From: Chara braunii
Lineage: Eukaryota > Plantae > Charophyceae
Length of the DNA: 64,000 nucleotides
NCBI GenBank assembly: GCA_003427395.1
Contig: BFEA01000027.1
Coordinates: 2,146,729 to 2,210,728, forward strand
Direction: 5' to 3'
The notes below the pieces were generated by a model that saw only the letters and a list, made by a program, of their open reading frames with translations, was not told the origin of the DNA and searched no databases. This document shows, one piece after another, positions 38,058 to 49,066 of this stretch. The position numbers and the translations under genes were made by a program. Each line of letters begins with the position of its first letter. Position 1 is the first letter of the stretch.

Positions 38058-40572
38058 TGTATGTATGTATGTGGATATATATAGCCGCGTTTAGTGTCAT
38101 TCTGTCCCTTTCTGCCCCTGTTTACCAGGCAGTTCTTTGTGACTATATGTATATATATATATCTTCTCCCTCTCTGCCTACGGTTTACCGGGCAGTTCTA
38201 TTTGACGATATATGTGATGGGGTGTGAACCGACAGTCTGTAGAGTTTTCCATCTGGTGTGGGTGAGTGATAGTCTACTTTGATTTTGGTTAAGGTAGATT
38301 ATNNNNNNNNNNNNNNNNNNNNNNNNNNNNNNNNNNNNNNNNNNNNNNNNNNNNNNNNNNNNNNNNNNNNNNNNNNNNNNNNNNNNNNNNNNNNNNNNNN
38401 NNNNNNNNNNNNNNNNNNNNNNNNNNNNNNNNNNNNNNNNNNNNNNNNNNNNNNNNNNNNNNNNNNNNNNNNNNNNNNNNNNNNNNNNNNNNNNNNNNNN
38501 NNNNNNNNNNNNNNNNNNNNNNNNNNNNNNNNNNNNNNNNNNNNNNNNNNNNNNNNNNNNNNNNNNNNNNNNNNNNNNNNNNNNNNNNNNNNNNNNNNNN
38601 NNNNNNNNNNNNNNNNNNNNNNNNNNNNNNNNNNNNNNNNNNNNNNNNNNNNNNNNNNNNNNNNNNNNNNNNNNNNNNNNNNNNNNNNNNNNNNNNNNNN
38701 NNNNNNNNNNNNNNNNNNNNNNNNNNNNNNNNNNNNNNNNNNNNNNNNNNNNNNNNNNNNNNNNNNNNNNNNNNNNNNNNNNNNNNNNNNNNNNNNNNNN
38801 NNNNNNNNNNNNNNNNNNNNNNNNNNNNNNNNNNNNNNNNNNNNNNNNNNNNNNNNNNNNNNNNNNNNNNNNNNNNNNNNNNAAACTCCGACGAAACAGT
38901 TTGTCACAGCCCCTCGTTTGTTGTCCTCTTCTCCCTCTCTGCCTACGGTTTACCGGGCAGTTCTATTTGACGATATATATATATATGTATGTTCTCATGT
39001 TTTTTGCGACAGACAACTGGCCGGTGTGTAATACATCTGAGACAAAATTTGGGCGAGCATGCGCGGGGACATCCTTCGAGTCTTGTGTTTACGGAAGGAG
39101 CGAGGCAGGGAAGCATTATGTCGGTATGAAAGGGAGAAGGGAGAGAGAGGAGAGAAGAATTATGTCGGTATGAAAGGGAGAAGGGAGAGAGACGGGAGAA
39201 GCATTATGTCGATATGAAAGGGAGAAGGGAGAGAGAGTAGAGAAGCATTATGTGGGTATGAAAGGGAGGGAGCGAGCATGCGCGGGTACATCTTTCGAGT
39301 CTTGTGTTTACGGAAGGAGCGAGGCAGGGAAGAATTATGTCGGTATGAAAGGGAGAAGGGAGAGAGAGGAGAGAAGCATTATGTCGGTATGAAAGGGAGA
39401 AGGGAGAGAGACGGGAGAAGCATTATGTCGATATGAAAGGGAGAAGGGAGAAAGAGGAGAGAAGCATTATGTGGGTATGAAAGGGAGAAGGGAGAGAGAG
39501 AAGAGACACGGCGTGAGGAGCGCTGTGGTCAGGGATTATTATTACAAGGGTGCGGTGGGCAAGATGGGAATTTGTGGAGTGAGTTTGGGAGACAGGAGGA
39601 TGGAGAAAGGAGGAGAGCAATGCGTGTGTAGGGAGAGTAGGAGAGTGACGTGTGGGTTGGGAGAGGAGGAAGGCAATGCGTGGAAGGAGAATGAGAGCGG
39701 GTAGGTAGAAGATTATGGCCAAGAAGAAACAAATGGTAAGGATAAGGATCATGAAAGGAGCTTGCAGAGTAACTGCTGCTGCTGCTGCTGCACCGTGAAA
39801 AAAGAAAGAATTAAAAAACAGACGAGCTTGAATAAGAATAAAGAAAATCAATTGGATGCCAATGCCGATTTTTTTTTTTTTTTGTTCCCCTTTTCACTTT
39901 TTTCCTTTTTTGGCCAGCTTTCTGATGTACGCAATCGTGGTTTACACTGTTTCCACACACACACAAAAAAGACATCACACACAAAGAAAAGTCCTGTATA
40001 TCTGCCGGTTCCTGGTTTGCTTGTTTATTTATTCCTTTGGGCTGCAATTTCAGCGATTTGTTGAACCGAAATTGTCAGGTCCTCTTGGTGGGAACCCGGG
40101 GCCAAGTCCCACTTACCTGAATCCTCGATTTCTATCCGTAGATTATGAAGATCAACGGAGACAAATGAACAGTCTGCCCATGTGGGACCTGGTCCCCGGT
40201 AAGCCCTGCTCATGGATGTCGCGTGTTGACGTCAAGCACCAAGTTCTTTCTGCAATGGTGCTGAGGCGGGCTGAATGTTACGACCGGTATGGCTTCAGAT
40301 TTTTGAAAACCGGGTCACACCGTTGCTGTGGTAAAGGCATCGGGCTGTTATAGCCGAGGTCACCGTGTCAATTCCGTCTGGCTGCTGAGCGATCACAGGG
40401 CTACAATGATAAACTTACTTACAGACAATGGGGTAGTATAGGGCTATAATGATAAACTTACAGACAAAGGGGTATAGTATAGTCGGTGTGAAAAGTTGAT
40501 TCTGGTGAGGAGCAAACTCTGATGCTTGCCCGTGATAAGCAACTGGACTGCTGCCCCCCGGAATAGATGGGG

Positions 40573-40647
<75 letters not shown>

Positions 40648-40747
40648 GCTCTTTAAAAAGATAAGGTGATGTATTTCGATGTTATGAGCATGATTGTTGG
40701 ACTTCTCAAGAGCTGGATGGATCTGCTGCGCCCCGTAATAGATGGGG

Positions 40748-40794
<47 letters not shown>

Positions 40795-42781
40795 GCCGTT
40801 TAAAAAGAAAAGGTGATGTATTTCGATGTTATGAGCATGATGGTTGGACTTGTCAAGAGCTGGATGGATTGATGAACACAACCTGTGTACTTCATAAATT
40901 TTCGGATTGTTTGAATCTCATCCATTGGTTGTTCGTCTTGTCCAGGTGTACAACTTATGCTCAGAGCTGAGTTATGATGCCTCGAATTTCGGTGGGAGGG
41001 TGGAAGTTCTCCCTTTTGACGATTACCACGCCCCGCCCCTGTCCTTGGTGAAATTGTTTTGCGAAAGCGTCTCGGAATGGCTTGATAGCGATCCAGAGAA
41101 TGTTGTCGTCGTGCATTGCAAGGTGAGCCCTGACGTAGAGGATAGATTGCTAGTGGGTTGATCTTTGGTGGGACCTGTGGTGTGTATTTGCAGGCGCGCA
41201 GAGCCTGTCAGATGCGCTTACCGTGGCTTGGTTGAGGTCGGACTGGTGGGCAAAAGGCATGGGTTGGGTAGAGTGTGGGTACACCGGGTCATGCATGTAC
41301 TCCATGCTGGGGTGGGGTGAAATGTCCCTCAAGGGGCTTCACTCTCATCCCAGCTCACTTTTCCAATGGTCAAGTGTTCCACCTCTTTGGTGGAAGGTTA
41401 CAGGCTCGATTCCTACCTAGTGGGGTGATCGTGGGGCTTTTTCTGTACTTGCAATTGCAAGCTGAGCTCCAGTAGTGTGAATGGATGCCTCCGGCTACTC
41501 TTTTCTCCTTGAGCTCTTTCTCTCTCCTTTTGCTCCTTCCTCATGCAGTGAATTGGGGTGTGCGGGTTCCCTTTTAAAGAGATCATGTACGTACGTAGAA
41601 TTGGATTACTGCTCTGTTTGAACCCTCGTGTGGATGGACGCTGCCTCCTCCTCCTCTTTCTCCTTCTCCTTCATCTCTTCCTCTTCCTCCTTTTCGTCGT
41701 CCTTGTCTTCCTCATGCAGTGAGTTGGGCTGTGCGGGCTCCCTTTTAAAGAGATCAGTTAATTATGTAGAATTGGATAACTGCTGTTTGAACCCTCGTGC
41801 GCATGGATGCTTCCTCCTCCTCCTCCGTATCTTCCTGTGACTCTCACTCTTTCTCCTCCTTCATGTCCTTGTTTTTCCTCTTCCTCCTGCAATGAATTGC
41901 CGTGTGGCTACCTTTTAAAGAGATAAAGAGATTTGGATTACTGCTTACTGTTTTTTGAACGTGAGTTTTTTGCTTGCTTTCCCTACGCTTCTGCTTCCCC
42001 TCCAATCCGTTTGTGTCCGTCTTCTTATGCTTGTCGCACGTGTTTTTTTTTTTTTTTTTTTTTTTTTTTTCACACGCTTTGTGTATTATAGAAGCATCTG
42101 ATCATAAAGCGATATGGCAAAGAAGAGGAAAACGAAAAATGGCGATTGGGATGATCCTCTGTTTTTTTTTTTTTGGTTTTCTTGCTGATGGTCACGGGTT
42201 TTGTTTTGTCTGTCGTGTCTGTAGTTTAGGGATTGGCCCAAATTTTCAGGAGGTAGTGGGTGGTTTCAGTAACGAAAATCTTCTTCTTATTTTATTTTAT
42301 TGTAAAGAAATCCACTCCGGCTGGGGTGAACTGCTGAAATACAGTCCCAAGTTCGAGTCCAGATGCAATCATGATTCCGAATTAACTGGGTTCGGACTCC
42401 TCAACGAGGATATCTCAAGGCCGTCGAAAGGGAAAAAAGAAGGAAATGGGCAGAGAAAAAAGAAAAAGAAAAAGAAAAAGAAGGAGAGGGAGAAAAATTG
42501 TGTCCCCAAATTACCATGGTTCTTGTTAAGAAACCTATTAATGAGAGAGTGGAGCGTGGTGCCAATCATTGGGTTGGCTAAAGAAAACAATGGCGGAAGG
42601 AATTGGCTTGCGCGTGTGTAAGTGATGGCACACAAGCCGGTCTTTTTCCTCCAAAGCAGTTCTTTGCTTTTTGTTTCGTGTTTCTTCGCCCCCCCCGTCT
42701 TTTATTATTATTATTATTATTATTTTTTTTAATTTGGACCATTTCTCGATTTATGCGTGTCATCCTTGCGCAGGGGCCCTT

Positions 42782-42812
<31 letters not shown>

Positions 42813-44028
42813 ACGGATGTCCCGAAGGACCGCCCCCGTCGTTTTGTTTCCTCCAAAGCCTGTCTTTTCCTCCGAAGGAGTGTGGTGCCAATCATTGGCT
42901 TCCTGAAAGAAAATAACGTCTGATTCGAAAGGCTCACAGTTCTTTCTGCTTGCCCAATTCGAAAATTATTTTCGATCCCCCACTTTTCGAGGGAAGGTGT
43001 TGTTTTCCCGAAAAAACAAAAAAAGCCCTCTGCTCAAATGCTATGCGACGTACTGCCTACAGGGTGAAGATCAATTCACAACTTGTTAAAAATACAATAA
43101 AATCAATTTCATATTTTTCTTCACGGGAATTCTATTGTGTTATGGTCCCCTCTCGATTTTTGTTTTTTGGTGAAAAAGCTCTTTCTCGATTCTATGGGTG
43201 ATGGATGATTCATGGCCGTTCCTCGTTGGTGGATCGATTTGTCTGGTTAATTGCGGAAAAAAAGAAAAAAAAAGAAAAAAAAAGAAAAAAAAGAAAAAAA
43301 AAGAAAAAAAAAAGAAAAAAAAGAAAAAGAAAACAAGAAACAAAGAAAAAAAAGAAAAAGAGAAAAAAAAAGAAAAAAAAAGAAAAAAAAACGAAAAAGA
43401 ATTCAATCAAAAAACAAAATCATGACCCACTGTGTTGTTGGAAATGCAGGCTGGGAAGGGCAGGACAGGGTTGATGGTATGCTCGTATTTGGTGTACCTT
43501 GGGATGACTGCGGAGGAAGCCCTTCGGCACTACGCGACAAGAAGAATGCACAACGGAGAAGGGGTAAGAGCAACGTTATGACCTTCATCAATTTTCCGAT
43601 TGACGATTTTGTTTTTGCCCTCCTTGCCCGTCCCTTTAGATCTTCACACTTTCACCATCATCGATATACTTGGACTCAGATTGACCCTGCATTTGGATTG
43701 AAGGATTCTGACAAGAAGGAAAAAGAAAAAGGAAAACCAGCTCTGGATGATGGTGCAGGACTTCACAGCCACAGATGGTTAGTGGATTAATGTTGTTCTC
43801 CTTGCCGCAGGTAACGATTTGTGGTTTGGACACGTCGCCCAATCTGTCATGCTGGTCAGTCTTTGTTGAGGACGTGGTGAGCGTTTGTGTGGAAGAGTCT
43901 GTTGCCGAAAGTGGTTGAGTTGTGGTGGAATTTAAAAGCCAGGTTTTCCAGTCCTAAAATAAAAACCAAAAGGTCTGAAAATGGTATATGATCTACTTTT
44001 TTTTTCTGTGTCCGCATACTTGTGCATC

Positions 44029-44062
<34 letters not shown>

Positions 44063-46016
44063 ATCGTGTGCGTGTGTGCATGTGTTCGCAGGTATCAATG
44101 CTACATGGCTTTTGTGCAGGTGTGTATGGCATAGATGAGAAGAGTGCAGCCTCTTGCGCCCCCCCGCCCCCCCCCTTCTTTTTTTCCCCTCCCGCCCCCC
44201 ACCCTTCCACCCTCGCCTCTGCTCTCCACCCTTCTTTGTCTGTCGAGGTCTTGTTACTTTTAGGGACTTGCGCAATGGAGCAGGCAGCGATTTGAAAGAG
44301 GCATTCCTCCTCCGTGACAGATTTCGGATGATGTTCTTCCTTGACAAAAAAATAGGATGATGTTCCTCGTCGATAACCCCATCGTCAAGGCATTTGGTGA
44401 TCTGACAATACGGGCTTGTGGGTCTGTTTGGTTTGTCCTTGTTTTTACCGTGTCACTGGCCTTGCTGATGCTGACAGATTTCGATTGCAAGTCAGCGACG
44501 GTACGTTGGCTACTTCAGTCAGATCCTGTCGAGCCCCCGAAATGGCTGTGCTTTGCCTGAAGTGAAGGTGCCAGAAAAGGTTACACGCAACCTGAGGAGA
44601 GTGCGACTCTACGACACGCTGAATGCTGATCGCATAGACTTTATGGTCGCTCAATTAGAAGAGGTAAGTGCCCATAAAGCTTGCTTGTTTGGTTGCTCAC
44701 TTTTCTTCTCCTTCATTGGTGGACTCTGCGTCTCTTTCTTCAGAATGGAGGACGTATAAAGTTTCTTGCTGCCATTTCTTTTTTTGTCCCCTTTTCTTCG
44801 TGATCTTGTGGACGAATAGCGGAGGGAATGCCCTTGCTCTGTGCGCTTCTGGACTTCAGCCGTTGTGCCTGAACTAGCACGTCCTTTGCACATGTTGTTT
44901 GTTTAGCCTGCCTTTCGCCTGACCGTGGACAGGCTGAACCTGGGATGGTGGCCTGGGGCAGAGACTCCAGGGTAGGGCAAAAGGCAAGGCAGGACTGCTC
45001 AGGTTGGGAGAGTGTGAACGAAGAATACACAGCCTATTTGAGCTGTCGATCATCGATCTGACTGTCCAGTTTGATAGCTGTGATTCTCTTTTGCAGCCGC
45101 TGCAGGCCGCTGCCGTGCCTGTGGCGTCTGCACCGGCCTGCAGCCTGCGAGAACGGGCGTACGTTATGTACAGGAGTGCTTCTGGACTTGGTAGCTGTTT
45201 AATGCATCTTCTGGAAAGATGTATGGAGTCTGGTCAATTTTTTTAATCGTAGGGCTTTGTGCGCAGGATGTCTGACATAGGACTGTCAGGCTTGTGATCC
45301 TTCCCTTGAAAAATAATTTTGGGTCTTTTTAGGTCTTCCTGATGGTCGTGATGTTGGGAGATGTCTGTTGACTTCCAGCTGGCCCGGAGAGAGGCGTAAT
45401 CTCCCTCCTGATGCATCCTTATAGCTATTATCTTTCCCCGAACAGAATGCCTGGTCATTGTAGCCGTATTTGAGGCAGCTTTCAGTCCAGATGCAGCAAT
45501 GATGACAGCGCATTCTGTTCGGTTGAAGACGGACGGTGAGCTGGTGCTTTGATGTCTGTGCGGTGGGCTATACCTTTGCCTGTCGGTTGTGTTTTCCCTG
45601 TTGTTTCCTTATTGCTGAGAGGTTGTTGGCATTGGTCGCTCGCACTGTGTTGCTGTGATGTGCGACAGTGTGATGGTCAGGTGTATAGTCCAGCATTGAA
45701 GATTGGTCAGGGGACGTGCATGGCATTGGCAAAGGGTCAGCACTTTCAAAGAACTGTCAGTCCCCGATACTATTTTTCAGATGTCTATGACGACGACGGT
45801 GACTACGATCAAGACTGCGACGAGAGCTGGAGAGTGAAGGGACCGCGCGTAGTTGTACAGATGGACACCGAGAAAGACGTGCATAAAAAGACTTACCTGG
45901 ACCACTACTTCGAGACTCCGTTGCCGGTACGGTGATGGTTTCCTTGCGTGTTTTGAAGTGTTTTCCTCTTACCTGCTTTTCTTGCCTGTTTTCCTTGTTC
46001 GTGTCCCTTCTGGCCG

Positions 46017-46060
<44 letters not shown>

Positions 46061-48562
46061 GCCTGCTTGCTTTGAATGAGTTTGCTTTGTAAGACGTTGT
46101 CTTATCCCGGTCTGTCTGCCAAGTGACTGACTTCTCTCTGGTCCTCTGCTGTTGTCCTCTCCATGCATCCCGTGATTGATGTAGGCAACGTAAGGCAACG
46201 TGTTAGTTTGTAGGACACTCTGTTGCTCCTTCCCTAGGTCTCTGACCATTCATCATTGGTTCTATCATCTGATAGAAGACTTTGAATTTGCTTTCTTTGC
46301 ACGAGTGTGTGTGCTTTTAGGAAGAGTCCTTCAGCTGAGCAGAGAAATCTCTCTCTGCTTGCAAAATGGGCACGGAATATGTTTTAATTTTCAAATGAAC
46401 GTGGGGGCGGTATTTCTAGTTGGGTAATTTGGGTGAATGAACGTGGATGAATTCCGTTCTTTTTTTTTTCCTTGGCTTTTTCTTTCTTTTTTTCTTAAGT
46501 AGAGCGACGGCCTTGAGATATCATCATGGAAGTTACCGGCGCTTGTAATTTACAATTATTTTATTCTGTTCATCTCTAGGCTACCAGAGTGGCCCAGGGC
46601 CACTTGCCCGGCCGGGCCAAAAAATAAAATAAAATAAAATGAAATAAAAATAAAATAAAATAAAATAAAATAAAATATAAATATAAATAAAATAAAGTAA
46701 AAATAAATAAATAAAAATAAAAATTTTTCAACCGTATTTTTTATTTTAAATATGGTAAAGAATTTCGATGTGAACCTGAGGCAAAAGTTGTTCAGTTTAT
46801 TTTTCTGCATAACAAGGTTGTTTTTTCGATTTTTTTTTTTTTTTTTTGATTTTTTTTTTTTTTTTGCTAGGACCTTCCCTGGTCCTTGCACGGCCGGGCT
46901 GTCCGGGAAAATAGGGTGACCCGGGCGCCGGCCCGGCTGGTAGCCTAGGTTCATCTGACTGCGCCTGGACTCGAACTTCGATCTGTATTTTAAACAGTTC
47001 ATGGGTGTACCAACTGAGTTAAGCCATGGTCGAATCTTCCTTGCACTCTCTCTTTTTTTTTGGGACCTGCTCAAAACAGTGGTGGAGTGCGATTCCATGC
47101 ATTGGAACTCCTGGCTGCTTGCTGCCATTGGCGGCATGTCAAATTTGTTGGCTGAGTGTTTTTCTGAAGAAAGCTGGATATCTGTCCATGATTCATGTTT
47201 CATAATTTGATTCGATAGCGGTCGAGCAACGGCTGTATATGCCTGGCATTGGCTTGTTGCGAAATCGACCCTGCCTGATCTTGGTCTTGAAATGCAGGTT
47301 CGGGGGGATATCCGATTGACCTTCTTTGACAAAAATGGGGGGCGGCTCTTCTACACATGCTTCAACACGGCTTTTCTGGGGAACGGGATTTTGCAGGTGT
47401 GTATTATGGAGTGGGCTACATGTCTTGTCACTCTTGTGTGTCATGGGCGCCATCAGAGAAAATGTGTGTGTTTAACATTTGAACGTTGAAGTTCTAATAA
47501 TGTCATTTGGCATTGCGGAGGGTGAAGGCTGGTGGGATGCATCTGAGGTTATGTTTGCCGCGATTGAGTCAGACGTATTGCCGACTTCGCTGCTTCTACA
47601 AAACGTGGAGGGTAAAGGCTGGTGGGGTGGTGTAGGTTGATGGGTCCTCGTGACTCCTCGGAAAAAAGTTTTGTGCTCTTGTCAATATATCATACATGTG
47701 CTGGCCAAAGACGATTGTCTGCGTATGTGCATGTAAGATCAAAAAGTTCCATGGTGGCAGTGCCATTCCTGAGAAGCGTTGAATCAATTTCAATTTCGAA
47801 TGCAATTGAGGCGAGTGTTGTTGCCTGGCACGTCAGCGGGGAAGAGCGGGTCATTCGTGGGAGTGGTATGCACTCGCTGCATTGCTACCAGACTACCCTG
47901 TGCTCCCTTTGTCTACTGGTGTGAGACACGGTCGGCAGGGAAGTGCTGATTTAATTCAGTACTATAGTAGTCGTCGACGAGGAATTCAGTACTGGCATGT
48001 CAGTGGGAAAGAGTGCCTCGTTTGTTCGGTTGATAGTCCAAGCGTGGAATGTGGTGGCCCTAAATGGTCTTGCATGTGTGTTTGTGCTTTTTATAATCCA
48101 AGGCCCCCACCGTGGTGCACTTGTGTTTGTGCGGTTGCCTCTGTTGTGGTATTTGTCTTTGAGCGGTACAAGCATGCAACGGAACAGGAAACACCTCATT
48201 TGATGCTTGGGAGGGGATTTTGTTTTCTCCGGGCGTTTATTATGGTTTGGTAGCAATATGTGTAGAGACATTGCGTGGGTAGAATGCCATCACATATCAG
48301 TGAATTGCAATGAAGTTGATGGTATGTGGAAAAGGAAGTGATTACCAAGTGTGTAAGGAGGGGCGTTGCGCAAAAGGCATGCATTGTGATTATGGATTTG
48401 TTATAGTGACAGTGGGTTTTCGTTGTTTGGCAGCTTTCGAGATCGGAGTTGGATAAGCTGGGAAGGCGTGCAAAGGCGATATGTGGGCCCAGCTTCTGTG
48501 TGGAACTTCTTTTTGGGCCTCAGCGCAATACGATGTTGAGGCATGATGATTGCAGCCCTTGA
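32493..48562 (+). CDS. PTEN1: PTEN1-like phosphoinositide 3-phosphatase / dual-specificity phosphatase; 7 coding exons, about 389 aa
   Basis: join(32493..32699,40946..41122,43450..43563,44478..44663,45669..45926,47298..47396,48434..48562); all introns GT-AG, frame intact, motifs DLDLSYI, FDDYH, HCKAGKGRTG, SQRRYV and a C2 domain. Collinear with plant PTEN1 as I recall it. An extra upstream exon cannot be excluded. Confidence 0.93.
33910..34330 (+). repeat. ~225-bp tandem duplication in PTEN intron 1
   Basis: ctcgattcgtcttgtagtg...gctctcagtttgtcggtgattaa at 33916 and 34141. Confidence 0.85.
34461..34565. mobile_element. Short CCGTC...GACGG hairpin MITE (Tc2/pogo-like)
   Basis: Inverted arms; related to 45430-45531, 54799-54898 and 55930-56254. 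Confidence 0.6.
36720..36955 (+). repeat. 28-bp minisatellite (tacggcgaatgctgttctacttgatgtg), about 6 copies
   Basis: Direct reading. Confidence 0.9.
39050..39500 (+). repeat. Purine-rich ~40-bp minisatellite with a higher-order duplication
   Basis: agaagcattatgtcggtatgaaagggagaagggagagag repeated about 8 times. Confidence 0.9.
40096..40199. repeat. ~100-bp hairpin element, copy 3
   Basis: ccggggccaagtcccact...gatcaacgg...gtgggacctggtccccgg. Confidence 0.7.
40545..40870 (+). repeat. Tandem duplication of a (GT)n-containing unit
   Basis: atagatggggccg(tg)n..ttttgc..aggtgatgtatttcgatgttatgagcatg occurs twice. Confidence 0.85.
40946..41122 (+). CDS. PTEN1: PTEN1-like exon 2
   Basis: Acceptor ccag, VYNLCSELSYD...FDDYHAPP...VVHCK, donor gtgagc. 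Confidence 0.95.
42731..42830 (-). pseudogene. U6: U6 snRNA retrocopy in PTEN intron 2
   Basis: Reverse complement reads GTCCTTCGGGACATCCGTTAAAATTGGAACGATACAGAGAAGATTAGC..CCCCTGCGCAAGGATGACACGCATAAATCGAGAAATGGTCCAAATT, followed by an A/(TAA)n tail; cgccccc..gtc on both flanks. Confidence 0.93.
43177..43401 (+). pseudogene. ~80-nt 18S rRNA fragment followed by a long A-rich tail
   Basis: gctctttctcgattctatgggtg..catggccgttc..gttggtgga.cgatttgtctggttaatt.cg matches a conserved eukaryotic 18S segment; (AnG)n at 43257-43401. Confidence 0.85.
43450..43563 (+). CDS. PTEN1: PTEN1-like exon 3
   Basis: Acceptor gcag, AGKGRTGLMVCSYLVYLGMTAEEALRHYATRRMHNGEG, donor gtaaga. Confidence 0.95.
44478..44663 (+). 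CDS. PTEN1: PTEN1-like exon 4
   Basis: Acceptor acag, ISIASQRRYVGYF...LRRVRLYDT...QLEE, donor gtaagt. Confidence 0.93.
45669..45926 (+). CDS. PTEN1: PTEN1-like exon 5
   Basis: Acceptor acag, CDGQVY...SPRYY...PRVVVQMDTE...LDHYFETPLP, donor gtacgg. Confidence 0.88.
46576..46948. mobile_element. MITE with CTAGGCTACCAG TIRs and a perfect 8-bp TSD (hAT-like)
   Basis: TSD gttcatct at 46568-46575 and 46949-46956; inverted second copy at 61708-61980. Confidence 0.9.
46956..47026 (-). pseudogene. tRNA-like sequence (tRNA pseudogene or SINE head)
   Basis: Reverse complement tggcttaactcagttggta...gttcgagtccaggcgcagtca has A-box and B-box motifs, 71 nt; related fragment at 42318-42365 (+). Confidence 0.55.
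47298..47396 (+). CDS. PTEN1: PTEN1-like exon 6
   Basis: Acceptor gcag, VRGDIRLTFFDKNGGRLFYTCFNTAFLGNGILQ, donor gtgtgt. Confidence 0.95.
48434..48562 (+). CDS. PTEN1: PTEN1-like exon 7 (stop)
   Basis: Acceptor gcag, LSRSELDKLGRRAKAICGPSFCVELLFGPQRNTMLRHDDCSP*. Confidence 0.92.
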   Translation, partial: LSRSELDKLGRRAKAICGPSFCVELLFGPQRNTMLRHDDCSP

Positions 48563-48627
48563 ACAAGAAGGGACAATTTCGGCTGAATGTCGTCTTGGTC
48601 TTCATCCTCTTTCTAAGCTGGAGCTTT

Positions 48628-48663
<36 letters not shown>

Positions 48664-48998
48664 CTGCGGAGGAGCAGCTGCAGGAGAAAGGGGTGGGTAC
48701 AGTGATTGACTGCCATTTCATCGCCTGTGTCCATGACCGGACAGATGCACCTTCCGCTTGTGATGAGTTAACGTGGAATGTGGCAAGACCAAGGAACAGA
48801 CCAATTGGGAAACAATAGGAGCTGGTGTTTGTGGATTGAAACTCACGAGTGATAGGATCGGGACAGCTGTACATTGTAGTGGAGGTGGGAGATATATCAG
48901 TAGGACGCAAAGAATGGCTTAAAACCTGGATTGGATAGGTGTTTAGTTACAATTCTTGTGCAGATTTAGACAACAAACAAAGTACGGTGAGACAGAGC

Positions 48999-49066
<68 letters not shown>

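Noticed and set aside
38279-39031. ORFs of 250 and 202 aa
   Set aside because: They consist almost entirely of an N gap.
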